This document shows positions 62,514-64,000 of a stretch of 64,000 bases of DNA, piece by piece. Each line of letters opens with the position of its first letter. Within the stretch, counting starts at the first letter, position 1. The stretch is from an uncultured Nitrososphaeraceae archaeon (GTDB taxonomy: Archaea; Thermoproteota; Nitrososphaeria; Nitrososphaerales; Nitrososphaeraceae): assembly GCA_963779615.1 (NCBI GenBank), contig CAVZZA010000001.1, positions 576,001-640,000 of the forward strand. Direction: 5' to 3'. Made by a program: the position numbers and the translations under genes. The notes beneath the pieces are model-generated. The model saw only the letters and a list, made by a program, of their open reading frames with translations, was not told the DNA's origin and ran no database searches.

Positions 62514-63605
62514 TTAACTGCCTGAAACCCTTAACAAATTACCCGCCTTGTCTAAAACTGTGTTTATTTCACTAATGGTTTGCTTGATTTCCTCCACTGA
62601 TGCGTTACTGTCTATCTGTGTCCTTAGTTTTTCCCTTAACAGTGATTCTCCCTGGTCTGACAACTCTTTGCCTATTGGTTTTTCCAAATATTCAAAATTG
62701 TCCAAATAGGCTGTTGTTGCTAGTTCTTTGGCCTTTATTGAATCATTAGCTGAGTATGCTAATGTCACTTGATTAAGTAATGACCTTATATTAGAGATAT
62801 AATCCACAGAACTTTCATTAGTTGATGTTGGTGTATATGGAGTAGCAGATGATTTTGATAGTTCGGCATTAATTTCATTAATTATTGAATTTATTTCAGA
62901 TGGGTTTTTTTGCTGCTGAACAGAATTGGTTAAGTTGTTAAACAGTGTAGAAATTGTCTCCCTTTCATTTGCTATCGATTTTGTGTCGTTGAATATCTTG
63001 TGGGCCCTGTCCATAAATGCTGACCCGTCTTGGTACTCAAGTATTAGTGTGATTTTGCCATCCTTTACGCCCTCTTCATACTCCCCTTCTGACGTTGTCA
63101 GCAGATCCTGGATTACGGCGATATTGTGGTCTGTGCTGTTCAGTGTTGTTGCAGGTACGACAGTAGCTATGACTTTGTTTGACATGTCAACTGAACTCTG
63201 TGCCTGTTTGCTAAACTCTTCTTTTGTGCTGTTGTTAGGTCCTGTGGGTGATACTAGGTTTGATAATAAATAAAGGTCACTGGTGTACAACTCATTTAGT
63301 TTTGAATCAGTATTGTTTAATGGTATGGCTATAAGTGATAAAACCTCCTCTATTGGATGGCTTGTGTGATTATATGCCAATGTATTGTTGTCGATGTTTT
63401 TGTTGTATACTGCCTTTTCAATATGGCCTATTATCTGCTCGATGTTTGAATGAAACTTTACATACTCGGTTCCATTACCCTGGGTATTGTTTGCCTGGGC
63501 AAATGATGATTGTGATGGTGATATGGTATTGCATATCACTAAAGTTATGGCAGCCACAACAATTGCGATAAATGCCTTATTTCCTAATTGAATGTTTATA
63601 AGCAT
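62514..63605 (-). CDS. Secreted helical-bundle protein with GH/HTSHP..E, EYQDG and FTR1-associated-like AYLDNFEYLE motifs
   Basis: Signal ending SFAQ; His/Glu-rich amphipathic helices; no TM permease domain. Confidence 0.8.
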   Translation of the reverse strand: MLINIQLGNKAFIAIVVAAITLVICNTISPSQSSFAQANNTQGNGTEYVKFHSNIEQIIGHIEKAVYNKNIDNNTLAYNHTSHPIEEVLSLIAIPLNNTDSKLNELYTSDLYLLSNLVSPTGPNNSTKEEFSKQAQSSVDMSNKVIATVVPATTLNSTDHNIAVIQDLLTTSEGEYEEGVKDGKITLILEYQDGSAFMDRAHKIFNDTKSIANERETISTLFNNLTNSVQQQKNPSEINSIINEINAELSKSSATPYTPTSTNESSVDYISNIRSLLNQVTLAYSANDSIKAKELATTAYLDNFEYLEKPIGKELSDQGESLLREKLRTQIDSNASVEEIKQTISEINTVLDKAGNLLRVSGS

Positions 63606-63889
63606 GTTTTGGGTTTTTCTTTGAAAATCTATTTAATCCATTATCCGATTCTCCATTTAGAGAATACTTGGTAGAATATTATTTTCTTTTTTTTGGTTGT
63701 CTGTGGTTGAATGTTTTTTAATTCATTGAACATGTGATGTTTGTTTTCTTGTTGCCCTTAACACACACACTTAAAATTAAACCTATTGTTACTAACATGT
63801 TGTTAAATAAAGCATCCATACTAAAGATACGAACTATTAATGAAATAAATATACACATACATAATTAAGTTTCTAACGTTTACTACAAA

Positions 63890-64000
63890 ATTATTCAGCA
63901 ATTGCAAAAATGCATTATTGAAATAAGCATCGCGAACTTTGATTGAATTTCAGTTTTATTTGATTATTTTACTGGATACTACGGGTTATATATCTATTCC
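63890..64000. repeat. Diverged direct copy of 40576-40686 (upstream region of the helical-bundle gene)
   Basis: TTATTCAGCAATT..AAAAATGC..GCGAACTTTG.TTGAATTTCAGTTTTATTT..ATATATCTATTCC in both. Confidence 0.85.

Overview
AT-rich archaeal DNA. The AOA-type nirK, amt, archaeal rps11/map/cca/valS and BHB-intron tRNA point to an ammonia-oxidising archaeon of the Nitrososphaeraceae, probably Nitrosocosmicus-like (inference, no database search run). About 1-31 kb is mostly core genome: rps11, tRNA-Pro, map, a tRNA-Trp with two introns, sulfite reductase plus rhodanese, thpR-cca-kinase, RidA, YyaL, valS, QueD-like, nirK, amt and DedA, with a few repeat-rich surface proteins. About 33-64 kb is an accessory, partly decaying island dominated by secreted metal-site proteins. 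It holds cbtBA, four paralogues (one a pseudogene) of a Cys-less cupredoxin-like protein with a P[ND]E[GA]HH motif, and two HTH + 3-TM pairs each divergent from one such paralogue. It also holds a two-domain multicopper oxidase translationally coupled to a third paralogue behind a DtxR-like box, a PQQ dehydrogenase-plastocyanin fusion, helical-bundle proteins with an FTR1-like AYLDNFE motif, and His/Cys-motif proteins. Mobile and decayed DNA includes IS6 elements, an IS6 MITE, an IS630 relic and several pseudogenes. The best candidate for an undescribed system is this extracellular, metal-regulated Cu/Fe module. All family assignments come from motif recognition by eye.
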